A stretch of DNA of 64,000 bases from an uncultured Conexibacteraceae bacterium (GTDB taxonomy: Bacteria > Actinomycetota > Thermoleophilia > Solirubrobacterales > 70-9), in the NCBI GenBank assembly GCA_963745755.1, contig CAVUYP010000001.1, forward strand, positions 930,667 through 994,666, written 5' to 3'. A program made the position numbers and the translations under genes. The notes beneath the pieces are model-generated. The model was not told where the DNA came from and ran no database searches. It was given only the letters and a program-made list of their open reading frames with translations. Below are positions 17,490 to 31,231 of the stretch, in pieces. Each line of letters opens with the position of its first letter. The stretch's first letter is position 1.

Positions 17490-19008
17490 CGAGCCAGACC
17501 CCCGGGCAGCGCGTCGACCACGTCGGAGGCGATCACCGACTCGGCACCGAGCCGCCGCGCCGCGAGCCGGCCGGCCCGGGCGTGCGCGTAGACGCCCGCG
17601 CAGGCGGCCGCGAACGGCTCGATCCCGCGGGCGAGCAGCGCCCCGATCGTGCCCGACAGGACGTCCCCGGTCCCGGCGGTGGCGAGCGCCGGGCTGTCGA
17701 GCGCGTTGACCGCGACCCGGTCGCCGTCGCTGACGATCGTGTCGTCGCCCTTGAGGACGACGACGGCGCCCGCAGCGGCGGCTGGCGAGGCGCGCCTTGT
17801 CGAGCCGGTGGGCGGCGATCTCGGCGGAGTCGCAGCCGAGCAGGCGTCCGAGCTCGCCGGCGTGCGGGGTCAGCACCGTGGGCTCGCTGCGGGCGCGGAG
17901 CAGGCCGAGGTCGGTGCCGAGCGCGTTCAGGCCGTCGGCGTCGATCAGCAGCGACGCCGGAATCCGCGGCGCCAGCTCGCGGGCCAGCTGCAGCGAATGA
18001 TCGGCACGGCCGAGGCCCGGGACCGAGGACGACGCAGGCCGACCGCTTCGGCGCGCTCGAGGATCGGGTCGGCCGCCGCGGCGCCGAGCCCGCCGCCGAC
18101 GTCCTCGAGGCCGATCGTCATCACCTCGGTCAGCTTCACCTCGAGGATCGGCTCGAGCGTCGCCGGGCAGCCGACCGTCGCGTAGCCGGCACCGGCACGG
18201 ATCGCCGCGCCGGAGGCCATGCAGGGCGCGCCGGTGAGCCCGCGCGAGCCGCCGACGACGAGGACGTCGCCGGAGCTGAACTTCGTCGACTCGGCGCCGC
18301 GGCGCGGCGCCAGGTCGAGAACGGACTCGGCGATCACGCCGGCGGCGGGCGTCGCCGGTGCCCCGTCGGGTATCCCGATCGGCGCGACGACGAGGCGACC
18401 CGTGTGCCACTTGCCGGGGGCGATCCGGTGGCCGACCTTGGCGGCGTGGAAGGTGACGGTGAGGTCGGCGCGGACCGCGGCGCCGGCGATCTCGCCGCTC
18501 GAGGCGTCGACGCCGGAGGCGACGTCGCAGGCGACGACCGGCGCGCCGCAGTCGTTGATCGCCTCGATCGCGCGTCTTCGCGGCACCGCGCGGGGCCCCG
18601 TCGAAGCCGGTGCCGAAGACGGCGTCGACGATCGCGCCGGACCCGTCGAGGGCGCCTCGCCAATCGCCCTCGCCAACCGCGGTCGCGCCGCCGTCGAGGC
18701 GCTCGAGGTTGGCCGTCGAGTCGGCGCTGAGCTCGTCGAGCGGCCAGATCGAGAGCACGTCGACGCTCGTGCCCGGCGCCGCGCAGCAGCCGCGCCGCGA
18801 CGAGCCCGTCGCCGCCGTTGTTGCCCTTGCCGCAGACGATCCGGATCGGACCCGGGCCGGCGAGCAGCTCCGTCTCGCGGGCCAGCGCTCCCCCGGCCGT
18901 CTCCATCAGCTGCAGCGACGGGACGCCGCGATCGTCGATCGCCCAGCGATCGATGCCGCTCATCCCGGCGGCATCGAAGAGCGGTTCGAGCCAGGCAGGT
19001 GCCTCCAC
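17486..19008 (-). pseudogene. nnr: bifunctional NAD(P)H-hydrate repair enzyme (epimerase/dehydratase), multiple frame changes
   Basis: The YjeF_N part (IRIVCGKGNNGGDGLVAARLL) is in ORF 18334..19008. The middle is in 17945..18676 (VLVVGGSRGLTGAPCMASGAAIRAGAGY). The carbohydrate-kinase part (LLIDADGLNAL...LTPHAGELGRL) is in 17226..18758, and the last about 90 aa (TAGTGDVLSG) are in a further frame. Confidence 0.8.
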
Positions 19009-19018
19009 GGACGCCAGC

Positions 19019-19383
19019 CTACGCGGTGGCGGCGGCCGGGCTCGCGAGGACCACGGCCGCGGCGTTGTCGCGCGAGTGGGTCAGCGAGACGGCGAGGGCG
19101 ACGCCGCGCTCGGCGGCCAGCTCCGCCGCCCGGCCGTGCAGGCGCAGCGCCGGGGCCGGACCGCCGACCACCTCGACGTCGCGGGGCGCGCAACCACCGC
19201 CGAGCGCCTTGATCGCCGCCTCCTTGGCGGCGAAGCGAGCGGCCAGGTGCCGGCCCGGACGGGCCCGCCCGGCACAGGCGCTCGAGCTCGCCGGGCATGA
19301 ACAGGCGGTCGGCGAGCCGGGGCCGGCGGTCGAGCGCACGCTCGACCCGATCGATCTCGATCAGGTCGATCCCGAGCGCCGCG
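19019..19383 (-). pseudogene. acpS: holo-[acyl-carrier-protein] synthase, at least one frame change; no canonical start found
   Basis: [14 protein letters not shown]...FMPGELE lies in one frame and [19 protein letters not shown]...[16 protein letters not shown] lies in ORF 19019..19339. The 5' limit is approximate. Confidence 0.7.
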
Positions 19384-19400
19384 ACGCCCGGGTACGGCGC

Positions 19401-21031
19401 TCAAGGCGTGATCACCGCCGCGGAGGTCGAGTCGCTGCCGCCCGCGGGCTGATCCTGGACGCCGAGCGTGAAGCCGGCGACCGAGCGGTCGCCGTCGACC
19501 TTGCTGCCGCCGACCAGGAAGTCGAGCGCGTTCAGGTAGGGACGCGCGGACTCGATGCTGGGATCGGACTGCCCGGTGCTGTCGACGAGGTCGAGGATCG
19601 GCGCGAAGTTGATGAAGACGCTCGGCGTCAGCCCGTCGCCGAGGTCGTCCTCGGCGGCCTGGAAGGTGTCCGAGTCGCCGAGCTTCTCCGACGGCGAGAC
19701 GACGTCGTCGACGGTGTCGGCACCGCCGGCGATCACGACCTTGTCGTCCTCGACGGCGACCTGGGCGCCGAGCGGGGCGCCCTGCGGCCTGGATGTCGAA
19801 GCCGCTCTGCGACGGCGTCACCTTGAGCCCGCGCGTCTTGCCGATCGCACCGCTGGACCTTGGCGACGGCGTCCTCGGCGGCCTTGGTGTCGTCGGTCGT
19901 AATCACCACCCCGCCGCCGAGGCCGAAGATCGACGTGCCCTGCACGAACCCACCGACGTCGCCGATCCAGCCGAGGTCCTGCTCGAGGTTGAGGCCGGTC
20001 GCGTCCTGGAACATCTGGATCGGATCGACCTGGGCGGCCACGTTCGGAGCCGCGTCGGCGAAGCCGGCCTCGAATCCCGCCTTGAACTGGGCGATCGAAC
20101 CGGCGATCTGATCGCCGACGTCGGTGGCGGCGAACGCGAACCAGGCGTCGGCCGGCAGCGTCGTCAGCAGATCGCTCGGGTCGGGAGCGTTGTCGGCGGC
20201 CGGCGCCGAGGCGCCGAGGCCCATCGAGCTCTCGGTGACGGTGCCCCAGGCGTCGATCGGGCCCTCGCCCATCTGCGCGAGCTGGTCCTCGATCTGCTTG
20301 AGCTGGTCGGCGGGCACCGAGCCGGAGCTCTTGACCAGGTCGATTACGCCCTGCGGGTCGGCGTAGAGCGAGAACAGGCTGTTGTCGGGAACCTCGTCGA
20401 GGCCGGTCTTCGAATCGTCGACGCCGGCGAAGTCGTCGGCGCCCTTGGCGTCGATCGCATCCTCGACGCCCTGGGTGCTGCCGGCGAGCAGGAAGTCGCC
20501 GTCGATGCCGACGGCGGTGTCGTCGCGGGGGCTGACGGTCAGTCCGACGCCGTTGTAGTCCTGCTGCTTCGTCTTGCCGCTGCCGTTCGCCGACAGCTTG
20601 TCGACGAACGCCTGGGCGGCGCCGGCGTCGGTTATCGCGACGACCGCCGCCCCCTCGGCCTCACTGGCCTTGGCGTCGTAGCCGTTGAAGTAGATGCCGG
20701 CGCGCGAGCCCAGCCACGGCGCGATGTCTGCCTCGTAGGTGAGGTCATCGCCCTCGGAGGCGAGCGCGCCGTCGATCGCCTCCTCGATCTTGCCCCCGAC
20801 GTCTTCGGTGACGAGCAGCTTCGAGAGCGCCGAGTCGAGGTCGTCGCCGAGCTGGCCCTCGGGGCGGATGACCGCATCCATGTAGAAGGGCGTGTCGGCC
20901 GGCACCATCGTCGCCGGATCGGGACCGAGGTCGGCGGAGGCGCTGCCGGAGGAGCTGCCGCAGGCGGCGACAACCAGGGCGGCGGCGGCGAGGAGGGCGA
21001 GAGCGGTGGGGGCGAGGAGCTTCGTGCGCAT
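19401..21031 (-). pseudogene. large secreted lipoprotein (family uncertain, DUF3352-like?), frame changes near 19800-19860
   Basis: ORF 19733..21031 begins MRTKLLAPTALALLAAAALVVAACGSSSGS (lipobox). The sensible acidic sequence continues into ORF 19401..19736 (MIAGGADTVDDVVSPSEK...), with a short third-frame bridge between them. Confidence 0.6.
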
Positions 21032-21076
21032 GGCCCGGATGCTAATCGCTGTCGGCGCGGAATTGGGAGCGGTCGG

Positions 21077-22937
21077 CTACTCGACCGTGACGGTCTTCGC
21101 CAGGTTGCGCGGCTGATCGACGTTGAGGCCGAGCTGACGGGCCGTGTGGTAGGCGAGCAGCTGCAGCGGGATTACGGCGAGGATCGGCTGCAGGATCCAG
21201 TCGGTGCGCGGGACGAACAGCGCCTGGTCGGCGGCCTCGGCGACCTCGTCGGAGCCCTCGGTGCCGATCGCGATCACGTCGGCGCCGCGGGCCCGCACCT
21301 CGGCGACGTTGGAGAGCACCTTGTCGAGGACCGGGCTGTCGGTGGCGATGCAGACGACCGGCGTCGTCTCGTCGAGCAGGGCGATCGGCCCGTGCTTCAT
21401 CTCGCCGGCGGCGTAGGCGTCGGAGGGGATGTAGGAGATCTCCTTCATCTTCAGCGCCCCCTCGAGGCAGATCGGCAGGCCGATGTGGCGGCCGAGGTAG
21501 AGGAAGAAGCGGCCCTCGTAGTGGCTGCGGGCGATCGCGCGGACCTGCTGGTCGCAGGACTCGATCGTCTCCTCGATCTTGCGCGGCAGCGCCTTCAGCT
21601 CGCCGATCAGCTCGGCGATCCGCTCGCGGCCGAGGTGGTCGCGCGCCTGCGCCAGCCAGAGCCCGAGCAGGTAGATCGCCGCGACCTGGCTCGTGAACGT
21701 CTTCGTCGCGGCGACCCCGATCTCGAGCCCGGCGCGGGTGAAGAGGACGGAGTCGGCGTCGCGGGTCGCCTGGCTGCCCATCACGTTGGTGATCGCCAGC
21801 ACGTGGGCGCCGCGCTCGCGGGCAAGCCGCATCGCCGCCAGGGTGTCGGCGGTCTCGCCCGACTGGGTGATGCCGATGACGAGATCGTCGGTGCCGATCA
21901 CCGGGTCGCGGTAGCGGTACTCGGAGGCGACGTCCATCTCGACCGGGATCCGGGCCCAGGTCTCGATCGCGTAGCGGCCGACGAGGCCGGCGTGGTAGGA
22001 GGTGCCGCAGGCGACGATCGACGACCCGCCGCAGCTTCGCCGCCTGCTCGGGGGTGAGCGTCGAGCTCGCTGAGGTCGACCTGGTCGACCTCCGGGAGAC
22101 GGTCGGTGATCGTCTCGGCGACCGCGTCGGGCTGCTCGTGGATCTCCTTCATCATGAAGGTCGGGTAGCCACCCCGCTCGGCGGCCTCCTCGTCCCAGGT
22201 GACCTCCTCGATCTCGCGGGCGATGCGGCGCGCCGTCGGCGTCGGTGATCGCGACCCCGTCGGGGGTGATCGTGACGATCTCGCCGTTCTCGATCTGCAT
22301 GACGGTGCGGGTCTCGCGCAGGAAGGCGGGGATCGCCGAGGCGAGGAAGGTCTCGCCCTCGCCGACGCCGATCACCAGCGGGCACTCCTGGCGGGCGCCG
22401 ACGAGCAGCTCGGGATGGTCGACGTGCATCGCGACGAAGGCGTAGTGGCCGCGGAGGTCGGCGAACGCGGCGCGAACGGCCTCGGTGAGATCGCCCTCGT
22501 AGTGGCGCTCGATCAGGTGGGCGACGATCTCGGCGTCGGTCTCGGAGCTGAACTCGTGGCCGTCGCCGAGCAGGTCGCGGCGCAGCTCCGAGTGGTTCTC
22601 GACGATCCCGTTGAGGACGATGTTGATCTCGCCCTGCTCGTCGCTGTGCGGATGCGCGTTCTCCTCGGTGACGCGGCCGTGGGTCGCCCAGCGGGTGTGG
22701 GCGAGCCCGATCGTCGCCTCGGCCTCGGCGACGGCGACGGCGCCCTCGTCACGGCGGCTCGGCGACGGCGGCGCGGAGGTTCGCGAGGTTGCCGACCGCG
22801 CGAACCGATTCGATCCGCCCGTGGTCGAGCAGGGAGAGGCCGGCGGAGTCGTATCCGCGGTACTCGAGCTTCTCGAGGCCGGCGATGAGGAGATCGCGAC
22901 ATGGCCTCCTGCCCACATATCCGACGATGCCGCACAT
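21077..22937 (-). pseudogene. glmS: glutamine--fructose-6-phosphate aminotransferase, three frame changes
   Basis: The N-terminus MCGIVGYVGRRPCRDLLIAGLEKLEYRGYDSAG is in ORF 22749..22937. The body and the C-terminus (...DQPRNLAKTVTVE) are in ORF 21077..23080. The segment MMKEIHEQPDAVAETI is in ORF 21898..22155. Confidence 0.92.
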
Positions 22938-23025
22938 GGAGTCTCCGAGGGTTGAAGAGGGCGCCCAAGGATAGGGCCACCCCCGCGGATCGGCAAATCG
23001 GGCGCCTGCGGCGAAAAAGCGCGGC

Positions 23026-24345
23026 TCAGGCGAGCTCGCGGTTGGCGACCGCGACGAGCCGGCCGAGGACCTCCTCGCACTCCGCCTCGTCGGGCGCCTC
23101 GACCATGACCCGGACCAGCGGCTCGGTGCCCGACGGCCGGACCAGCACCCGGCCGCGGCCCTCGAGGCCGGCTCCCTCGCGCCCGACCGCCTCCCAGAGA
23201 CCGGTCGCGGCGGCCAGCGCGTCGCGGCTCGGGACGACGACGTTCTCGAGCCGCTGCGGCAGCTTCTCGATCGGGCGGCTGTCGGCGAGCGGCTTCGAGC
23301 CGATCGCCCGCATCACCAGCAGCGCCGCCGCGAGTCCGTCGCCGGTGGTCGCGAAGTCGGTCCAGATGATGTGCCCGGACTGCTCGCCGCCGATCGTCCA
23401 GCCGCGCTCGACGAGCTCCTCGATCACGTAGCGGTCGCCGACCTTGGTCGTCGCGACCTCGATCCCGGCCGCCTCCATCGCCTGGTGGAACCCGTAGTTG
23501 CTCATCACCGTGACCGCCGCGCCGCCGGGCAGCTCGCCGGCGTCGCGCAGATGCAGGGCGGCGATCGCGACGATCTCGTCACCGTCGAAGGCGCGTCCCT
23601 GCGGCGTCGACGGCCAGCATCCGGTCGCCGTCGCCGTCGAAGGCGAATCCGATCTCGGCGCCGTGCTCGGCGACCGCCGCCGCGACGTTCTCGAGGTGGG
23701 TGGAGCCGCAGCCCTCGTTGATGTTGCGGCCGTCCGGCTCGGCGGCGATCGTGATCAGGTCGGCACCGAGTCGCTCGAAGGCGGCCGGGGCGGCGCGATA
23801 GGTCGCCCCGTTGGCGCAGTCGACGACGATGCGGCGGCCGGTCAGGTCGAGGTCGAAGGACGACGCCAGGGCTCGCAGATAGTCGTCGAGCGCTCCCTCG
23901 AGCCTGCGGATCCGACCCGAGGCGGCGCCGGTCGCCGGGCCGTCGGCGACGCGCGCCTCGACCCGGGCCTCGCCGTCGTCGTCGAGCTTGATCGCCGTCA
24001 CGGCCGAAGAACTTGATGCCGTTGTCGCGCCACGGGTTGTGCGAGGCCGAGACGACGGCGCCGAGGTCGAAGCCGTGCTTGCGGACGAGGATCGCGGCGG
24101 CCGGCGTCGGCAGCACGCCGCCGAGGAAGACGTCGGCGCCGGCGGCGGCCAGGCCCGACGGCGAGCGCCGACTCGAGCATGTGCCCGGACTCGCGGGTGT
24201 CGCGGACGATCAGGACCTGCGGGCGGTCGCCACGCAGCTCCGCCGCGGTCGCGCGGCCGAGCGCCAGCGCCAGCTCCGGGGTGAGCACCTCGCCGACCGG
24301 TCCGCGGACGCCGTCGGTGCCGAACAGCTTCGTTCGCTCAGGCAT
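23026..24345 (-). pseudogene. glmM: phosphoglucosamine mutase, three frame changes
   Basis: There are four pieces:
- 23998..24345: LFGTDGVRG
- 23505..24116: [17 protein letters not shown], the phosphoserine loop
- 23579..24001: FAFDGDGDR, the Mg site
- 23026..23508: GGEQSGH...VRPSGTEPLVRVMVEA. Confidence 0.92.
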
Positions 24346-24402
24346 GTCGGGGGATGATTGCGCGGGCCCGGCGCCGATGCCTGCCCGCGGTCGAAACGCT
24401 CG

Positions 24403-25260
24403 CTAGCGCTTCGAGAACTGCGGCCGCTTGCGTGCCTTCTTGAGGCCGGCCTTCTTGCGCTCCTTGCGGCGGTCGTCGCGAGTCAGCATCCCGCGCCGCT
24501 TGAGGTCTCCGCGGAGCTCCGGCTCGAGCGCGGTCAGCGCCCGGGCGACGCCGTGGCGGACCGCGCCGGCCTGGCCGCTGATGCCGCCGCCGTGGACGCG
24601 GACTCTGACGTCGACGCTGCCCTCGTAGCCGGCGGTGACGAGCGGCTGGCGGGCCAGCGCCTGGTGCTGGCTGCTCTTGAAGTACTCCTCGATGCCGCGA
24701 TCGTTGATCTCGAAGGAACCGTCGCCGGCACGGACGATTACCCGGGCGACGGAGCTCTTGCGCTTGCCGGTCGCCTGGATCTGCGTGTCGGCCGGGACCG
24801 TGACCGACCGCGGCGCGATCGTCTCGTCGTCGTCGGCAGCGGCGGCAGCGGCGGCCTCGCGGGCGCGGCGCTCCTCCTCCTCGGCCTCGCGGGCGGCGCG
24901 CTCCTCGGCGGTCAGCTCGCGCTCGTCGCCGATCGCGATCGGCTCGAGGTCGGCGCCGGGAACGACGTCCTTCTTGGCGGGTTCGGCGGGAGCGTCGCCG
25001 GCCGGCTTCGTCTCGGGCTGCTCGGCGGCGGGCTCGGCGGCGGCGGGCTCCTCGGCGGCGGCCTCGGGCTGCTCGGCCGCGGGCTCCTCGGCGGCGGCGG
25101 CGGCCGGCTCCGCGACCTGCTCGGCGGCGGCCTCGGGCTGCTCGGCCTCGGGCTCGCTCGGCCTCGGGCTCCGGCGGCGCGGCTGCTCGGCCTCGGGCTC
25201 GGAAGTATCGGCGGCGGAGTCGTCCTCCTGCTCGCGCTCGGTGTCTTCGCTCCAGGTCAC
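24403..25260 (-). CDS. rpsI: 30S ribosomal protein S9 with about 150-aa acidic Pro/Glu/Ala-rich N-terminal extension
   Basis: The C-terminal 130 aa ([22 protein letters not shown]...[19 protein letters not shown]...[10 protein letters not shown]) are canonical S9. The GTG start overlaps the rplM stop (GTGA). The extension is GC3-rich and has no stops in frame. Confidence 0.85.
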   Translation of the reverse strand: MTWSEDTEREQEDDSAADTSEPEAEQPRRRSPRPSEPEAEQPEAAAEQVAEPAAAAAEEPAAEQPEAAAEEPAAAEPAAEQPETKPAGDAPAEPAKKDVVPGADLEPIAIGDERELTAEERAAREAEEEERRAREAAAAAAADDDETIAPRSVTVPADTQIQATGKRKSSVARVIVRAGDGSFEINDRGIEEYFKSSQHQALARQPLVTAGYEGSVDVRVRVHGGGISGQAGAVRHGVARALTALEPELRGDLKRRGMLTRDDRRKERKKAGLKKARKRPQFSKR

Positions 25261-25691
25261 TTGGTCACCTCCAGGGGCTTCGGCTGCTGAGCGGCATGCG
25301 GATGATCGGGGCCCGCATAGACCTTGAGCTTGAGCAGCTGCTTGCGGGCCATCTTGTTGCGGGGAAGCATCCCCTTGACGGCGCGGCGAATGACGTCCTC
25401 GGGCTTGCGGTCGAGCATCTCCTCGAGGGTCCGCGAGCGGATCCCGCCCGGGTAGCCGCTGTGCCGGTAGTAGCGCTTGCTCTTCAGCTTGTCGCCGGTG
25501 ACGGCGATCTTCTCGGCGTTGACGACGACGACGAAGTCACCGACGTCGCAGTGCGGCGTGTACTCGGGCTTCCGCTTGCCGCGCAGGGCATCGGCGATCT
25601 GGGTCGCCAGCCGGCCCAGGGTCTGGCCCTCGGCGTCGACGACGCACCAGTCGCGCGTGCGGTTCTCGGGTGTTGCTACGTAGGTCTTCAT
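25257..25691 (-). CDS. rplM: 50S ribosomal protein L13
   Basis: ORF 25257..25730 trimmed to [47 protein letters not shown]..., a canonical L13. Confidence 0.95.
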   Translation of the reverse strand: MKTYVATPENRTRDWCVVDAEGQTLGRLATQIADALRGKRKPEYTPHCDVGDFVVVVNAEKIAVTGDKLKSKRYYRHSGYPGGIRSRTLEEMLDRKPEDVIRRAVKGMLPRNKMARKQLLKLKVYAGPDHPHAAQQPKPLEVTK

Positions 25692-25865
25692 TCCGCGAAA
25701 CAGCCGCGCTCCGACCCGGACGGGTCCCACGCGGCCGGCGGGATGATAGCCATTGGCGCGCGGCGCCGGGTGTGGGGCGCCGGAACGCCGCCGCAGGGTT
25801 CCGGGACCGCTCCGGAATCCGATCCCGGGCGACCGGCCCCACGGTTATACTGCCGCCCGCACAGG

Positions 25866-26033
25866 ACCTGCCGAATCCCCGGGTGCACGCATCCGGGGGG
25901 CGGGGGAACCGCACGGGAGCCGAACCCGACCGGGAACGGCGACCATGGGGCGAATCCAGGCCACCCAGCCAGGTAGCGCTGCTCTTTCCGCGCGAGCCCG
26001 ACAGCTAACCCCGTAGGCCCGAACGAAAGAGTC
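25866..26033 (+). promoter_or_regulatory. cyclic-di-AMP riboswitch (ydaO-yuaA motif)
   Basis: The plus strand reads CCGAAUCC..CCCCGG-loop-CCGGGG-GGCGGGGGAACC..GAGCCGAACCCGAC..GGGGCGAAUCC..GAGCCCGACAGCUAACCCCGUAGGCCCGAACGAAAGAG. From memory, this parallels the B. subtilis ydaO leader blocks GCGGGGGACCC, GGGGUGAAUCC and CCCGAACCCGUCAGCUAACCUCGUAAGCGUUCGAAAGAG. It ends 7 nt before the TTG start of the M23 peptidase. The boundaries are approximate. Confidence 0.75.
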
Positions 26034-26039
26034 GAGTAC

Positions 26040-27189
26040 TTGAGCACCACCGCCACGCCGACGCGAGCGAGCAGGACGAGGTCGATCGGCCTCGTCGCCT
26101 TCGGCACGCTCGCGGCGCTGCTCTGCTGGGTGGCCGCGGCGTCCGGCGACGGCGGCATCGGGACCCCGAAGCCGCCGAAGGTCAAGGACGTCGTCTGCAG
26201 CGACCGCTGCCTCGAACGTGCGCACGGTCACCGAGACCGGCAAGGTCGAGGTCTCCGGCAAGGCGCTCGACGACATCGACACGGTGCGCTTCTCCGGCGC
26301 CGACGGGCGGATCGACGTCGCCCCCGCCTCGGTCGAAGCCAGCGAGGTCGTCGCCAAGGTGCCGACCGGGGCGACGTCCGGCAAGGTCGTCGTGATCAGC
26401 CGCTTCGGCAGCAAGGCGAAGTCGCCGGAGCAGATCAAGGTCAAGCCCGAGGACGCGATCGACACCGTCAAGGGCTTCGCCGTCAAGCGGGTCGCCGCGC
26501 AGCCGAAGACCGCCTACTTCGACGGCAAGAAGGACATCGAGCTCGACTACCTGTTCGAGGCCGACGGCGCCGCCGACATCCGCATCGACATCGTCGCCAA
26601 GGGCAGCGGCAAGACGATCGACTCGATCATCGACAAGAACCGCAGGCCGTTCTCCAACCAGACCGTCATCTGGGACGGGCTCAACGCGAAGGGCAAGCCT
26701 CCCCGCAACGGCAAGTACAAGTTCAAGGTCTCCGCCCTCGGCGGCGAGAGCGGCCGCAGCGACGCCACGGGATTCGCCTATTACGACCATGAGTTCCCGC
26801 TTCGCGGCAAGCACCAGTACGGCGACGGGCTCGGCGCCGGCCGCGGCCACCAGGGCCAGGACGTCTTCGCGAAATGCGGGACCAAGATCGTCGCCGCCCG
26901 CGGCGGCACGGTGCAGACGAACGCCTATCAGTCGGCCGCCGGCTACTACGTCGTCATCGACGGCAAGAAGACCGGCAAGGACTACGTCTACATGCACATG
27001 GAGAAGAAGGGCCGCCCCAAGCAGGGCTCCCGGGTCAAGACCGGCGAGATGATCGGCCGCGAGAGCGACACCGGCGATGCCCAGGGCTGCCACCTCCACT
27101 TCGAGCTCTGGTCGGCCCCCGGCTGGTACGAGGGCGGCCACGTCCTCAACCCCACCAAGCCGCTGAAGAAGTGGGACAAGTGGAGCTAG
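26040..27189 (+). pseudogene. secreted M23-family peptidoglycan endopeptidase with Ig-like (IPT/FlgD-type) domains, one frame change near 26200
   Basis: The signal-peptide N-terminus (ORF 26040..26792: IGLVAFGTLAALLCWVAAASG) joins ORF 26218..27189. That ORF contains [46 protein letters not shown], and M23 motifs GHQGQDVF and CHLHFELW. Confidence 0.85.
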
Positions 27190-27307
27190 CCGGGTCCTGA
27201 CCGCCGGGCGGCCCGCCGGTCTCGGTCGCAGTGCCTGGATCCGGGCCCGGATGCTGGAGGAATCTCCGGCGTTGTCGCGGCCGCTGCCCGCCGGCGGCGA
27301 CTCGCGG

Positions 27308-30147
<2,840 letters not shown>

Positions 30148-30267
30148 CTGGTGGCGCTCCCTCGGTCGACTGCAGAAAGAAGATTGTAGGTGCCGCGGCC
30201 GACGGGCCGGGTGGGCCCGGCGTCCGGAAACTGCGGGGAAACGGGCCGCGTTCGGCCCGCCGCCGGC

Positions 30268-31231
30268 TCAGGCGACGCGGAGCGGAGCGGACAACCGCTC
30301 GACCCGGACCCGGCCGGTCAGCTTCGCGGCCTCGGCACCGTCGAGCGTGCCGGCCCCGAGGTGCTGGGTCGACTCGGCGCCGCAGGCGACGCCGTAGGCA
30401 AGACAGTCCTCGATCGAGCGGCCGGCGCGGCGCGCGGCCACGAAGCCGGCCAGGAAGGCGTCGCCGGAGCCGACGCTGGCGACCGGTGGCAAGCGGCTCG
30501 ATCGACGCCTCGTAAGCGTACGCGAATGCCCCGATCCCGACGAGCGCCACGCAGCCCGACGGCGTCGTGATGATCGCCTCCTCGGCGCCCATCTCGACGC
30601 AGGCCGTCGACGGCCGAGACCAGGTCCTCGGCCTCGGTGAACTCGTAGCCGACCGCCTCCTCGGCCTCGGCGACGTTCGGCGCCACGACCGCGGGCTGCG
30701 CTCGCAGGCCGGCCCGCATCGGCTCGCCGTCGGTGTCGAGCAGCGTCGGCACGCCGGCGGCGCGCAGGCCGGCGATCAGCGCGGCGTAGTGGTCGGGCTC
30801 GGCGCCCGGGCGGCAGCGAGCCCGCGATCACGCAGAACTCGGCACCGCCGGCCAGGTAGAGGAGCCGCTCGGTGAAGCGCTCGACGTCGGCCGCGCGTGA
30901 CGTTCGGTCCGCGCTCGTTGATCTCGGTCTGCTCGCCCGACGTCGGATCGACGATCGCGAGGTTGGTCCGCGAGTCGCCGGCAACCTCGACGAAGTCGTG
31001 GAGGACCTGCTCGGCGTCGAGCAGCTCGCGGATCCGGGCGCCGGTCGGACCGGCCGCGAACCCGGTCGCGATCACCGGCTCGCCGAGCCCCTTCAGGGCC
31101 CGGGCGATGTTGACGCCCTTGCCGCCCGCCGCGCGACGCGAGTCGACGACCCGGTGACGGTTGCCGAGCGCGATCCGCGGCACGGCGACCGTCCGGTCCA
31201 GCGCGATGTTCAGCGTCACCGTGAGGATCAT
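30268..31231 (-). pseudogene. PfkB-family sugar kinase (1-phosphofructokinase-like), several frame changes
   Basis: MILTVTLNIALDRT...AGGKGVNIARAL is in ORF 30776..31231. The middle lies in 30318..30752 and 30137..30592. The C-terminus VGSGDAFLAGFVAA...ACGAESTQH is in ORF 30268..30984. Confidence 0.8.

Noticed and set aside
22938-23025. A possible glmS ribozyme upstream of glmS.
   Set aside because: Only about 88 nt separate the glmM stop and the glmS start. That is too short for the roughly 170-nt ribozyme, and I could not find its conserved core segments on the minus strand.
25692-25865. The large rplM-upstream gap as an RNase P RNA, tmRNA, SRP RNA or L13 leader on the minus strand.
   Set aside because: None of the universal blocks is present on either strand (RNase P GAGGAAAGUCC, the tmRNA tRNA-like ends, or the SRP GGAA/AGCA loop). 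The conserved structure in the gap is on the plus strand and is explained by the ydaO-type riboswitch.
27239-27252. The palindrome ATCCGGGCCCGGAT between convergent M23 and guaA genes as a defined terminator or protein-binding site.
   Set aside because: Short GC palindromes of this kind are expected by chance in 70%+ GC DNA. There is no U-tract and no second copy in the window, so the evidence is too weak to annotate.
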